From an uncultured Nitrososphaerota archaeon (GTDB lineage: Archaea > Thermoproteota > Nitrososphaeria > Nitrososphaerales > CADDZS01): DNA of 64,000 nucleotides. Where the stretch lies: NCBI GenBank assembly GCA_963799845.1, contig CAWCYI010000006.1:32001-96000 (forward strand), given 5' to 3'. The position numbers and the translations under genes were made by a program. Positions 1 to 9,767 of the stretch are shown here, piece after piece; the first letter of the stretch is position 1, and each line of letters starts with the position of its first letter. The notes under the pieces are model-generated. The model saw nothing but the letters and a program-made list of their open reading frames with translations. It ran no database searches and was not told the origin of the DNA.

Positions 1-1548
1 TTCAAACCAGACCTCGGCCTCGACCCTCGCGTCAACTCTAGGACTCTTCGCGGGGATCTTGTAATTGTCTACTGCCTTGCTAATACTCTCCAAATCTAGA
101 TCTGAGAAACCGGTCCCAACCTTGGTCGTGGTTCGAAAGATGTCAGGGCCTTCATCATAGGCCGCAAGAAGAAACGCCCCGTAGACGCCGGCCCGCCTGC
201 CCATGCCGTGATTTGCTCCCACCACAACGAGATCGATTGTGTCTCTCATGTTAGGGCGATATTCTGGCTTGAATTTGATCCACGCATAGCCTCTTGCGCC
301 TGCCTTGTAGGGGCTCGCAAGATCCTTCACCACGAGCCCTTCGCAACCCGTCGCGAGCGACTCTTCCATCAGGGCGTCAATTTCAGCTCCATTCTTTACG
401 ACACTTGCCGGAACTAGCATCATGTTGTGCTTGGTTTTCGCTCCTCGGAACAACTTTTCGAGGGCCGAGCGTCTTTCATCGTACCTTTTATCGATCATCG
501 GTTCTTTCTCGATGAGAAGAATGTCGAACAGGTTCAGCACCACAGGGTACTTTTCCTGAGCCTCCTTGAGATCATATTTGCGCCTTCGGTGCATCAGTTC
601 TTGAAAAGGGAGATATTTTCCATTTGGATCTATCGCGACAGCTTCTCCCTCCACGATGAACTGCTTTGCCGGCAGGCTTTCGAGGGCCTCGACGACATCC
701 GAATATTGATCTGTGATCCTTTCTAATCTTCTCGAAAAAAGCGTCACGTTTCCTTCTGCAGTTTTATGTGCCTGGACCCGCTCGCCGTCCAACTTGTATT
801 CCGCAGAAGCTTTGCCATTCATCTGATCGATTATCAATTCGGCGCTTTCCATTCGTTCCGCGAGCATCGGCCGCACAGGTTTGTCCGCGGTGACTTTCAC
901 TTCCTCGACGGCCTTCATTCCTCGATTTGCCAAAAGGTCGGCGACGAAACCGAGATCACTCGTCAAATTATAAGCAAGCTCCAGTTTTATCCGGTTTTCC
1001 TTGCTCCCGGTAAATGCGATGGAAAGAGCATCCAGAACCGTAAAGTCGGCAACGCCGAGCCGCAATTTTCCAGTAACAAATCGTATCAAGAACTTAGCTT
1101 CGAGGCTCGAAGCGGAATTTAAAAGCGTGGAAAGCATCTTCAGTCTGGTTAGAGCAGAGCCGGAACCAGAAGTCTTCGCGATTAGCTCCAATGCGGAGTA
1201 GACATTTTCGACGGTGAGTTTTCCCGAAGAAAACGACTGCTGCTCTCTCGAAATTAACAGCTCAGCCGCGACGTCCCCAAGATCGCCAGTTTTTCTCATT
1301 AATTCTTGAATCTTCTTGGGATCTGCACCGTACGCTTTCTCGATAGCCTTTCCGGCAGTTTTTTCGGCCATGCCGATCTCGATTCCAACAAAGTCAGGAT
1401 ACAACTTTCCTTGGGTTAGATAGGAAACGCGAGAGACGAGCTTGTTCGGGGTCTTTTTCAAAACGTCGACCAAGATTGCGGTTAGTTCCGTCCTCGAAGA
1501 GGTTTTGGTCATCTTGTCAAATGCATTCGCCAATACCGCAAAGTCCAT
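1..1548 (-). CDS. lig: ATP-dependent DNA ligase (3' end runs off the window)
   Basis: Not in the ORF track because no stop lies in the window. Manual translation from ATG at 1548 gives MDFAVLANAFDKMTKTSSR..., active-site AEYKLDGERVQAH at about 770-803, and VDARVEAEVWFE at the window edge, all in one frame. Confidence 0.95.
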   Translation of the reverse strand, partial: MDFAVLANAFDKMTKTSSRTELTAILVDVLKKTPNKLVSRVSYLTQGKLYPDFVGIEIGMAEKTAGKAIEKAYGADPKKIQELMRKTGDLGDVAAELLISREQQSFSSGKLTVENVYSALELIAKTSGSGSALTRLKMLSTLLNSASSLEAKFLIRFVTGKLRLGVADFTVLDALSIAFTGSKENRIKLELAYNLTSDLGFVADLLANRGMKAVEEVKVTADKPVRPMLAERMESAELIIDQMNGKASAEYKLDGERVQAHKTAEGNVTLFSRRLERITDQYSDVVEALESLPAKQFIVEGEAVAIDPNGKYLPFQELMHRRRKYDLKEAQEKYPVVLNLFDILLIEKEPMIDKRYDERRSALEKLFRGAKTKHNMMLVPASVVKNGAEIDALMEESLATGCEGLVVKDLASPYKAGARGYAWIKFKPEYRPNMRDTIDLVVVGANHGMGRRAGVYGAFLLAAYDEGPDIFRTTTKVGTGFSDLDLESISKAVDNYKIPAKSPRVDARVEAEVWFE

Positions 1549-1653
1549 TCTCGATCAACCTTCACTGTTTAGAGATGAATTATGTCTTGAGTCCTGAACA
1601 AGAATGTTTAATACTGTTTTTGGAAGATATCACTCTATTCGAAGTGTTTGGAC

Positions 1654-2016
1654 ATGGGCGGAACCAAGAAAAAATCAATCTCATCAGCTGACAAATCTCA
1701 GAGCGCGCAAGATAGCGCTCAACAATCCGGGCCGAAGAAACCGGAAAAGAAATCTGCGAAGGAATCGAAGCTGGCTGCTCAGCAAGCGAAACAGCAGGCT
1801 CTGATCGCTCCGAAACTAGACGAAAAGCAGCTTGTCAAATCGCTCACTCCTCTAAAGGCAATTACAGTTTATGGCACAGCCAGGACATTGGGTCTGAATG
1901 CTGCTATCGCAGCTCAGACTTTAAGAAATCTGGAAGCAAAGAACGCCATCAGAAGAGTCGGTGGCTACAGTGGCCATTATATTTACGCAATTAATGCCCC
2001 AACATCAACTGCCTAA
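1654..2016 (+). CDS. rps25e: 30S ribosomal protein eS25
   Basis: MGGTKKKS N-terminus, Lys-rich, C-terminal winged helix (AITVYGTARTLGLNAAIAAQTLRNLEAK...GGYSGHYIY). Confidence 0.9.
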   Translation: MGGTKKKSISSADKSQSAQDSAQQSGPKKPEKKSAKESKLAAQQAKQQALIAPKLDEKQLVKSLTPLKAITVYGTARTLGLNAAIAAQTLRNLEAKNAIRRVGGYSGHYIYAINAPTSTA

Positions 2017-2401
2017 TTGCGCTATGCTTTCGATCTGAATAGAATCTCCCCGTTTGCAAGATTCTAGCACGCTCATTCCCTCGGTTACTTCTCCCAGCGG
2101 ATTCATGGGTTTGTAACTCCTGGTGTCTTGAAGGAAAAAGCAGATCATAGATCCCGCCGGCATGAATGCTATGTCGCCACGCTTCATTTCCTTTCTGGAT
2201 TTCTCCTCGCCAGTAATCACGTTGGTCAGAATATAGGCAAAGTTTCGTTCGTACAAATTTACTCGGCCAATCAATGGAACAGCTCGCAGAATTTTTGTGA
2301 GCGTCACAGGGGAGAGATGTTTGTAGAGATTTCCAATTATCTCACCTTTTCCAAGCACTCTCAGCTCGCATTTCCATCGCTGAAATTGAAGTTGATGCCA
2401 A
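2005..2401 (-). CDS. Cyclophilin-like fold protein (TM1367/DUF369-like); probable +1 indel near 2372
   Basis: HLSPVT...GEEKSRKEMKRGDIAFMP...PMNPLG pattern. Removing one A extends the ORF to TTG at 2401 (MASTSISAMECELRVLGKG). Confidence 0.7.
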
Positions 2402-2519
2402 GAAAAAATTGCCGCCCGACATCAAGATTCGCAAAATCTTTAAGATTTCTCTTTTACTTCTAGAAAGGTTTAATTGGCAACCCAAAACCGATCTACGTAT
2501 TCCGGTGTTTTTTGCGCTT

Positions 2520-2846
2520 TTGCCTACGATTCCTCGTACCAGAGTATCTTCGCCTCAAAAAATTAAACGAAAGAAAGCGAAAACCCCTGAACAGGAAAGT
2601 AGCGAGACCTTTCAAGTGACGATTGGTCCACCTCAATTAACTCGATTTGAAAAAGCGCGCATCATCGGCGCGAGATCTCTTCAGCTTGCTTTAGGCGCTC
2701 CGCCGTTCATCAAGATTCCATCAACTATGCGCAGCCCGATTGATATTGCGATTTCTGAATTAGAGCAAAAGGTTCTACCAATTAACATCCGAAGAACTCT
2801 TCCGGATGGGCAATACGAAGATATTCCGCTGGATATTCTCACCTAA
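2520..2846 (+). CDS. rpoK: RNA polymerase subunit Rpo6/K
   Basis: IGPPQLTRFEKARIIGARSLQLALGAP...IAISEL...LPINIRRTLP signature. Start uncertain (TTG at 2520 chosen). Confidence 0.93.
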   Translation: MPTIPRTRVSSPQKIKRKKAKTPEQESSETFQVTIGPPQLTRFEKARIIGARSLQLALGAPPFIKIPSTMRSPIDIAISELEQKVLPINIRRTLPDGQYEDIPLDILT

Positions 2847-2915
2847 TTGATTTTGCATGCGGTCATCCTTTTATCGAACGAACGCCCCAATTTTTGTGGA
2901 GCTGAGTGATTACCT

Positions 2916-3077
2916 TTGAAATGCTATGTTTGTGGCAAGACGTCAAAAGCTGAATGCCAGATGTGCAAACGACCCGTTTGTAGAATACACTTCAACATGT
3001 ACTACGATCCTTCCACTCGTATCATGACTCCACTCTGCGGAAATTGTGCACAAATAAAGCGTCGAGAATTAGGCTAG
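2916..3077 (+). CDS. 53-aa Cys/His zinc-finger protein
   Basis: Manual translation MKCYVCGKTSKAECQMCKRPVCRIHFNMYYDPSTRIMTPLCGNCAQIKRRELG. It has 7 Cys plus His in CxxC/CxxC/CxxH/CxxC pairs and is below the ORF-track size cutoff. Confidence 0.75.
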   Translation: MKCYVCGKTSKAECQMCKRPVCRIHFNMYYDPSTRIMTPLCGNCAQIKRRELG

Positions 3078-3131
3078 AAAAATCTCGGTAGGCTTAAATA
3101 CAATATTAGCACATTTCGTTTTTGCGTCCAA

Positions 3132-3500
3132 ATGGCTATCAGAAATCCCAGCCCAGACAACAAATCGGCAGCAGATTCAATCCGAGAGACTGCTCCACGT
3201 CCGCAGGAAAGGCCTCCAAGAACTTCACCGCCTAACCACATTTTCGTCGGTAAGAAACCGGTCATGAGCTACGCAATGTCAGCGATGGTGCAACTTGCAC
3301 AAAGCGGAGACATCGTTCTCAAAGCTAGAGGGATGGTCATCTCCCGTGCAGTCGACGTGGCGGAGATCGTGACAAAGAGATTGGGAAACAACTCGTTCGA
3401 AATTCGAAACATCAAGATCGATACCGAGAAGCTCGGCGAAGGAGAAGACATCCGGAATGTTTCGACGATCGAAATAATCATCGCCAAAAAGCCTTCCTAA
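3132..3500 (+). CDS. albA: DNA/RNA-binding protein Alba with N-terminal extension
   Basis: HIFVGKKPVMSY...LKARG..ISRAVDVAEI...RNVSTIEI. Confidence 0.95.
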   Translation: MAIRNPSPDNKSAADSIRETAPRPQERPPRTSPPNHIFVGKKPVMSYAMSAMVQLAQSGDIVLKARGMVISRAVDVAEIVTKRLGNNSFEIRNIKIDTEKLGEGEDIRNVSTIEIIIAKKPS

Positions 3501-3614
3501 GCAAAGTACCTTCGGTTCCTTTTTGCCGCAGGGATCCGATTCGTTCTTCTTTCGTTTGTTTTATCCCTAAAGCCATTAATCGTCTTCTAGGACTTTAGAA
3601 CGGAGTTTTGAATC

Positions 3615-4442
3615 TTGTCAGCGAACGGAGGCGAACTAATCTCTCTTGGGGACAGAGTCCTCCTCTACCTTGATTCCCGCAGAACGTGGCTCGTTCAACT
3701 GAAAGAAGGAGTGGAAACTTTCCACACGCATGCGGGCATCGTAGACTTGAAGAAAATACCAGGGATGAAATTTGGCGACGTCATCCAGACCACTCTCGAT
3801 GAAACAATTTGCCTCCTCAAACCCACGGTTCTAGATTTCATCATGAAATCCGAGCGGCGAACGCAAATCGTCTATCCTAAGGACTTCGCTTACATCGCGG
3901 CGAGATGCGGTCTTCATTCCGGAGATCATGTGATAGAATGCGGTACGGGTTCTGGAGCTCTGACATCCTTTTTTGCAAACATCGTAGCGCCGACGGGTTT
4001 CGTTCGGACGTTTGAACAGAGGGAAGATTTTTTCGAAATAGCGGGGAAGAATATCGAAAAAGCAGGGATGCGACCTTTTGTCAAAATGGAGATGGCAAAT
4101 CTCCTCGGTTCATCGCTAGAAGCTCAATTTTATGATCTAGCTATGCTCGATACAGGTGACCCGTGGACCCTTCTCGAGACCGCTCACGCATCTCTCAAAG
4201 GTTCGGGATTCGTATTTTGCATCTGCCCAACGACAAATCAGCTTGAGAACGTTGCCTTCGCGATGGAGGGCAAGTTTGTGGATATCGAGTGCATTGAGAT
4301 CATGTTTCGACGAATTGAAGCGCGAGTCGGGAAAACGAGGCCCTCAACTAGGATGATAGGACATACATGCTATTTGGCCTCGGGGCGGAAAGTCAACAGC
4401 CGCGTTGAAAATGTTATATCATCTGATAAAATGGAAGAATAA
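3615..4442 (+). CDS. trmI: tRNA (adenine-N1)-methyltransferase TrmI/Gcd14
   Basis: FHTHAG, RRTQIVYPKD, ECGTGSGALT, TRPSTRMIGHT motifs. Confidence 0.93.
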   Translation: MSANGGELISLGDRVLLYLDSRRTWLVQLKEGVETFHTHAGIVDLKKIPGMKFGDVIQTTLDETICLLKPTVLDFIMKSERRTQIVYPKDFAYIAARCGLHSGDHVIECGTGSGALTSFFANIVAPTGFVRTFEQREDFFEIAGKNIEKAGMRPFVKMEMANLLGSSLEAQFYDLAMLDTGDPWTLLETAHASLKGSGFVFCICPTTNQLENVAFAMEGKFVDIECIEIMFRRIEARVGKTRPSTRMIGHTCYLASGRKVNSRVENVISSDKMEE

Positions 4443-4450
4443 TTTGTAAG

Positions 4451-5119
4451 ATGTCCTCCAAAGACTTTGGAGAAGATTCCGCCTTTCTCCTCTACCTTGT
4501 GCCCGTTGTCGCTAGCATCATCTATGGTGCGTATGAATGGGCGATAACAGCAAAGACTTCCACGATGCCTCCGACTGCCTATCTGGTGGTTTCGAAAAGC
4601 CCCTACCTTTTTCTGATTTCCATAGTCGCTGTTTGCTTGGCACTAATCCTTGAAGTAAGGACGGCTAACGCGAACGAGCGAAACGGCATCATCCAGGCAA
4701 ACACGACCAGACTGCAGATACTTGCGGTAGTAGTTCTGGTTATCTCATTTTTGGCTGCTTTGAGCACTGCGAGTTATGATTTTGGAAATGCCTTTTCGTA
4801 CTTCGTGAACGGCAGATATGCTTTGATCTATGCCTTCTTTTTGATCGGCATCTCGTTGCTGTTGTCGCCGAAACAGGTCCTCGGAAACGTCAAGATGGCT
4901 TCGATTCCGGACATTCTCGGATTGCTCCTGGTTGTTGTTTCGCCGGTGCTTTTCTATTTTGGTCTGAAGGTTCATCTTGGGTTCACGGCGAGCGCGGTAG
5001 GTAGTTTTATTGTCGCGATAATCGGATTTGTCTTGCTGGTCGGCGGATCAAAGTTGTTTGGCAAAAAGGCGCAAAAACCAGCGACATCTCCTCAGGTCGC
5101 TTCTCCCGCCCCAAGTTAG
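4451..5119 (+). CDS. Multi-pass membrane protein of unknown function
   Basis: 222-aa ORF with about six hydrophobic segments, 8 bp after trmI. Confidence 0.75.
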   Translation: MSSKDFGEDSAFLLYLVPVVASIIYGAYEWAITAKTSTMPPTAYLVVSKSPYLFLISIVAVCLALILEVRTANANERNGIIQANTTRLQILAVVVLVISFLAALSTASYDFGNAFSYFVNGRYALIYAFFLIGISLLLSPKQVLGNVKMASIPDILGLLLVVVSPVLFYFGLKVHLGFTASAVGSFIVAIIGFVLLVGGSKLFGKKAQKPATSPQVASPAPS

Positions 5120-5620
5120 TACAGCAAAAAACCTAGGCCCTGAGGTATTCATATCCTTACGGCCTAAAATCCTAAGGTCGAACGCTAGATACTTGCCATG
5201 GTTGAACTTTGTTAGGGCGGGCCGTCGTTCATTTTGTTCGAGATATATTTCGCCAAACTTTTCCTCAAAATCGCATAGCTCCGGGGTTTGAAATATGCTT
5301 GCATCCATCCTATTCTGATCGCGAGCGGTGGTGTAGGTTAGGCAAATACCGGGAGCTCACGGTGAGAGCAGTGTCAGCAAGACATGCCTACTAGTTTTTC
5401 TGCCAACACGGGCGTAGTGTCAGCCTTTGAGCTAAAAGCGACAACGAGATCGAAAGATCTAATGCTCCTGAGGGACCCTACAAGGCTAGCTCCAGATGAT
5501 AGTGATGCTCAGAGGGCGGGTGATAATTCCGCCATGGCTTGTGGAATCTTTGCCGAAAACAAGTCCTACTATCCAACCCCGTAGAAAGCCGATCAACGTC
5601 AAGGTAGATGGAGCAACAGA

Positions 5621-5803
5621 TCAGTGATGAGCTGAACTAACAGTAATTGCAGTGGAGGCGCTCGAAGAGAGGTAATTCGTGTCTCCCGAATACATCGCAG
5701 ATATTTGCTGCGATCCAGTACTGGACCGTTTGAAGGAAACTGTGCACGTTAGCGTGTTTGAACTAACGAAGCAATGCTGCGAACTAAAAGTCCCGGTGCC
5801 TCC
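5621..5803 (-). pseudogene. 5'-truncated Ig-like surface-protein fragment
   Basis: GGTGTFSSQHCFVSSNTLTCTVSFKRSSTGSQQISAMYSGDTNYLSSSASTAITVS*. YSGDTNY is typical of bacterial Ig-like (Big_3-type) repeats. An in-frame TAA lies directly upstream and there is no start codon before the domain. Confidence 0.6.
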
Positions 5804-5917
5804 TTAATTACTAAAGCTAATCGTGCCGGCAGGCGGATTGCCAGCTATCGCGGTTGCACTGCAAAATGTACTCCGACCGACACCGAGCTTGGAGGGGAGG
5901 CAGAATATGGAACGTTA

Positions 5918-6061
5918 TGGGCCCGGAGGGATTTGAACCCTCGACCGACCGGTTTCTCTATCTCATCAGCGCACCCAGAATTCAGTGGAGATTTATGAGC
6001 CGGTCGCTTTCGGCAAGCCGCATCATGCTTCGCATTTTCTACCAAGCTGAGCTACGGGCCC
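5918..6061 (-). tRNA. tRNA-Ile2 (CAU) with two introns (about 30 nt in the D-arm, 40 nt at 37/38)
   Basis: Spliced form GGGCCCG TA GCTC AGCTTGGTA GAGC G ACCGG CTCATAA CCGGT CGGTC GAGGG TTCAAAT CCCTC CGGGCCC A folds as a 74-nt cloverleaf. The GGGCCC acceptor stem favours Ile over Met. Confidence 0.88.
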
Positions 6062-6382
6062 ATCCAAGCGATCAGAACTGTTTCAAGGTCTCGTTATTTG
6101 CTTTTTGCCTCTTTAAGGTCACATTATTACTCTTCTGAAGTCCGTTTTCGATTTCAGTTTTTTTCAAGAATTTCGATTCTTACAGTGGTTTGAATCCTAT
6201 CAAAACAAGTTAATCGAGATGGCTTGTATGAACCATATCGGCCCTTAGTCTACTCGTTGATCGAGAGAAGAAAGAAGCTCGCGGAGCTGGTTATCGAAGT
6301 AGAAAGAATATGAATTATGTAATGCACTTATTCGAAATGGGTGATTCTTATTTATCTCTAAGTCACGAAGCGTTAAAACAAG

Positions 6383-7064
6383 TTGAAAGTGGAAAAGAAG
6401 ACAAAATCTCTGACAAACAGTCAGAAAATTAGTCGGCTATCACTACCCATAATTGTTCTTGTAATCTTTGTATTGTTCATCACCTCATACGGAAGAGAAC
6501 CCAGTTTCTTGGCCACCATCTCCGCTGATCGTTCAAATTTCGTTTCGTTCCTGCAAATGATCGTCACAATTATGGCGCTGATAATTTCGTTTGACGGCGT
6601 TATTTTTGTAGAGATAACAAAATCATTATCCGAACAGACACGGCATCTTAAGGAAGTAGCAAAGCAAAAGGAGAAATTGCTTGATACAATCAAAGTGAGC
6701 TTGTCATCAATATCGGAACCAGAACCTATCGCGAAAACAGAAGAGGAAAAACTCAGGTCGCAAGACGAACCTACGGAACGGTCGAAGCTTCAGCCTTCAA
6801 AAGCAGACCTCTTGGGCGATGAAACAATTTATTCTGTGGTAAGCGTCTTTAATTCCGAAGCAGATCTGTTTCTGCCTGTCTTTGATCGCATCTTTCGGAT
6901 CAATTATTTCTGCTTTGTACTTGATGATTGTCTTGCCACCTGACTTAGCATTCTTTTTATCGTGCTTGGGGTTTGCTGTTTTAGGGATTGCAGCATTCGG
7001 TACGCTAATCCAGACATATGCGATATTCGCAAGATCTTCCATCATCAACCTTCGTTCTACATAG
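6383..7064 (+). pseudogene. AT-rich membrane protein split by a frameshift near 6860-6890
   Basis: ORFs 6383-6943 and 6882-7064 each contribute hydrophobic helices. The gene lies between two divergent tRNAs. Confidence 0.5.
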
Positions 7065-7182
7065 ATCTGGTTACGGTCGTGTTCCTGACCTCGTTGTACA
7101 ACAATTGTTGTACAGGATTGCCTGTATGTTCGTATATTGTCAAGAAAGCACTTAAATCACGCTCGGCCGAGGATGGTTACGA

Positions 7183-7316
7183 GCTCCGGTGGTGTAGTCC
7201 GGTCAAGCATACTGCCCTTTCGAGGCAGTGATCGCGGGTTCAAATTTTTTCAAGGCTAGATTCACGTCTCGTGAAAGAATGAATGACTTGAAGAACTGAA
7301 ACTCCCGCCCGGAGCA
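7183..7316 (+). tRNA. tRNA-Glu (UUC) with a 58-nt intron in the T-loop (59/60)
   Basis: GCTCCGG...CTGCC CTTTCGA GGCAG...GCGGG TTCAAA[intron]T CCCGC CCGGAGC A. BHB with TTCA:TGAA central helix and AAT/ACT bulges. TATA-like CTTAAAT at 7151. Confidence 0.92.
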
Positions 7317-7450
7317 TCCTTACTTTCCAACACGATTGACTTTTTCTGATCTAGTTGTACGACAGCAGAATCCATTCGTCGGAGTGGCGCAAAAATGGAT
7401 AAATAGACTTGAAGGATGCGATTAATTATTTCCTGAGGCAATCTACCTAA

Positions 7451-8299
7451 TTGGAACTTAGCGATGGAGAGTTCGCGACCTACTTCAGGTCGAAAACTCT
7501 ACAATACCACACCCGAATAGAGCACGCTATTTCCGATGTCCTCGCCAGATTCTCCAATTCTAAATTCTATCAACCGCTGAACTACTCAATCAAGGGAGGC
7601 AAGAGGATCCGTCCCCTAATCGTTCTCCTATGCTACGATGCCGTGGGTACGGGGAACCCGCTTACAGATGATCCGATGCCCGCCGCCATCGGAGTCGAGC
7701 TGCTCCATACAGAATCGATAATTCACGATGACATCATAGATGGAGACCTAGTTCGGCGCGACAGAGAAACATTTCACGCCCGTTATGGCTTGAATCCTTC
7801 GATACTGTCCGCGGACTACGTGTTAGGCATAGTCTTGGACATTGCCTCGCTCTATTCTGACCTGCGCGTGGGCAGAGAATTGTCAAGATCAGTTCTTCGA
7901 ATGAGCGAGGGAGAATACGCAGAGCACATCGTTCAGAGCCAAGATTCGAGAATAAAGCCGCCCGAGTACGTCGAAATTATCATGAACAAAACCGCGGCGC
8001 TGTTTCAAACTTCGGCTAGGATTGGGGCGATGATCGCCGGAGCGAAGCAGCAGACGATAGAATCGCTATCGGATTTCGGGTTGAACCTCGGAGTCGCCTA
8101 CCAGATGCAGGACGACATTTTGGACTGGAATCAAAAGGCGAGCCTAGAGCGGGCCCTAGGAGCCGAGAAGAACGAGCTGAAGAAAATGTCTTATGATTTC
8201 GCGCTAAAGGCGAAGGATTCGTTATCTCACCTTCAGAAATCCGACGCAAGGCAGCGACTGGAAGAACTGGCAGAGTTTGCTGTTCGACGAAGATTTTAG
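7451..8299 (+). CDS. Polyprenyl (geranylgeranyl) diphosphate synthase
   Basis: GGKRIRP, HDDIIDGDLVRR, NKTA, YQMQDDILD motifs. Confidence 0.92.
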   Translation: MELSDGEFATYFRSKTLQYHTRIEHAISDVLARFSNSKFYQPLNYSIKGGKRIRPLIVLLCYDAVGTGNPLTDDPMPAAIGVELLHTESIIHDDIIDGDLVRRDRETFHARYGLNPSILSADYVLGIVLDIASLYSDLRVGRELSRSVLRMSEGEYAEHIVQSQDSRIKPPEYVEIIMNKTAALFQTSARIGAMIAGAKQQTIESLSDFGLNLGVAYQMQDDILDWNQKASLERALGAEKNELKKMSYDFALKAKDSLSHLQKSDARQRLEELAEFAVRRRF

Positions 8300-9761
8300 G
8301 GCGGAAGAATTTCGTGCAGGAATGAAGTCGCCGTCGTGCTGGCGAACTGGATGAATGGGTATGGATAGATTCCCACAAACACGATTATCACTGAAGCTAC
8401 GATCAGCGCGAACTTGAAACTGTTTGACTCAAACAGCTTACCCAAGCTGGGGGATCATCGACATACATGTGTTTGACGATCCTTACGTAGAACGCTATCG
8501 ACACGAAACTGTTGATGATCGCAATGATTGCGAGCCAACCGAGATTTGCGTTGATTGCGGAATAAAATATCACTAGCTTGCTCCAAAAACCGTTGAGGGG
8601 CGGAAACCCGCCCAGCGCGAGGAGAGAAAGGGTAAGCGCCAGGGGAGCGACAGTCATTCTTTTTCCGACTCCGTCGAAGGCATCAAGGTCATCAGATCCC
8701 AGCGCCCTGATTATCACCGCAGCGGCGAGGAATGCGCCCGACTGCATAATCGCGTAATTCAGGATGTGGAAAAACGATCCTGTAAGACCAGCTGCACCGC
8801 CGGCGGCAAAACCGACGAGGATGTATCCGGCCTGTCCGATGCTGGAATACGCGAGAATTCTCGTGATGCTTCTCGAGGTCAACGCGGCAAAGTTCCCCAG
8901 AGTCATCGAGAGAACCGCCAACACGGCGAAGGTCAGGCTCCAGTCGACTTGAAACATGTGAGCGGCAAACAGGATGAAAAATATCCTTGCGACTGGGGCG
9001 AACGTAGCAACCTTCGTCCCGGCAGACAGGAGCGAACTAACGATTGTTGGAGCTCCCTGATAGGCATCAGGTATCCACATGTGGAACGGTACTGCGGCGA
9101 GCTTTATTCCAAATCCGGCGAGAACAAAAGTCAGAGCGAGGATTGCTACTGGCTGGACGTTCGTTGCATTTTGAATGACGGTATAGATGCTTGTCGTACC
9201 TGTCACCAAGTATACCAACGAGATCCCGTACAGCAGAACGGCAGAAGAAAAGGCGCTGATGATGAAATATTTCACTGAAGCTTCGTTGGAATTCGGATCT
9301 TTCTTACGGAATCCCGTCAGGACATAACTTGGGATGCTCATTAGCTCCCATGCGATGAACACCATGATCAGGTCTGTCGCAAACGTGAGCAAAACAGCAC
9401 CGATGGTTGTGAAAATCAGCAGAGAGTAAAATGAGGTGACGTTTGGCGAGTCCTTCATGTAGTCAAGCGCGACCAGCCCCACAAGCAAAGACGCGGAAAG
9501 AACGGCGACTCCGAATAGAAGAGAAACCCAATCAGTTGCAAGTATAGTTCCTGGGCCCGGGACGGAGACAGGCTCGAAGTATCCGAGACCTTCGGCGAGT
9601 AATAAGCCGATTCCGATTGCGAATCCTGCAGCCGTGATTACGGCGGCAGTCTTCGCGTATTTGCTTCCCGCAACGGCCAGCAGGACAGTAAACAGAGCTA
9701 TTGCCGAAAGCATCAACGAGAGGTACAGTGGAAATGTCTGGGAGGAAATGTCAATTATCAA
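8296..9761 (-). CDS. nuoN: Complex I subunit N (frameshift in a G5 run at about 8450)
   Basis: WELMS, EASVKYF, PFHMWIPDAYQGAP. The last TM helix (FKFALIVASVIIVFVGIYPYPF...LPP*) continues in another frame to 8296. Confidence 0.92.
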
Positions 9762-9767
9762 AACTTG

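Noticed and set aside
5048-5308. 86-aa ORF (also 29216-29437, 31089-31310 and many ORFs antisense to core genes)
   Set aside because: No motifs, overlapping real genes or lacking supporting signals; treated as spurious.
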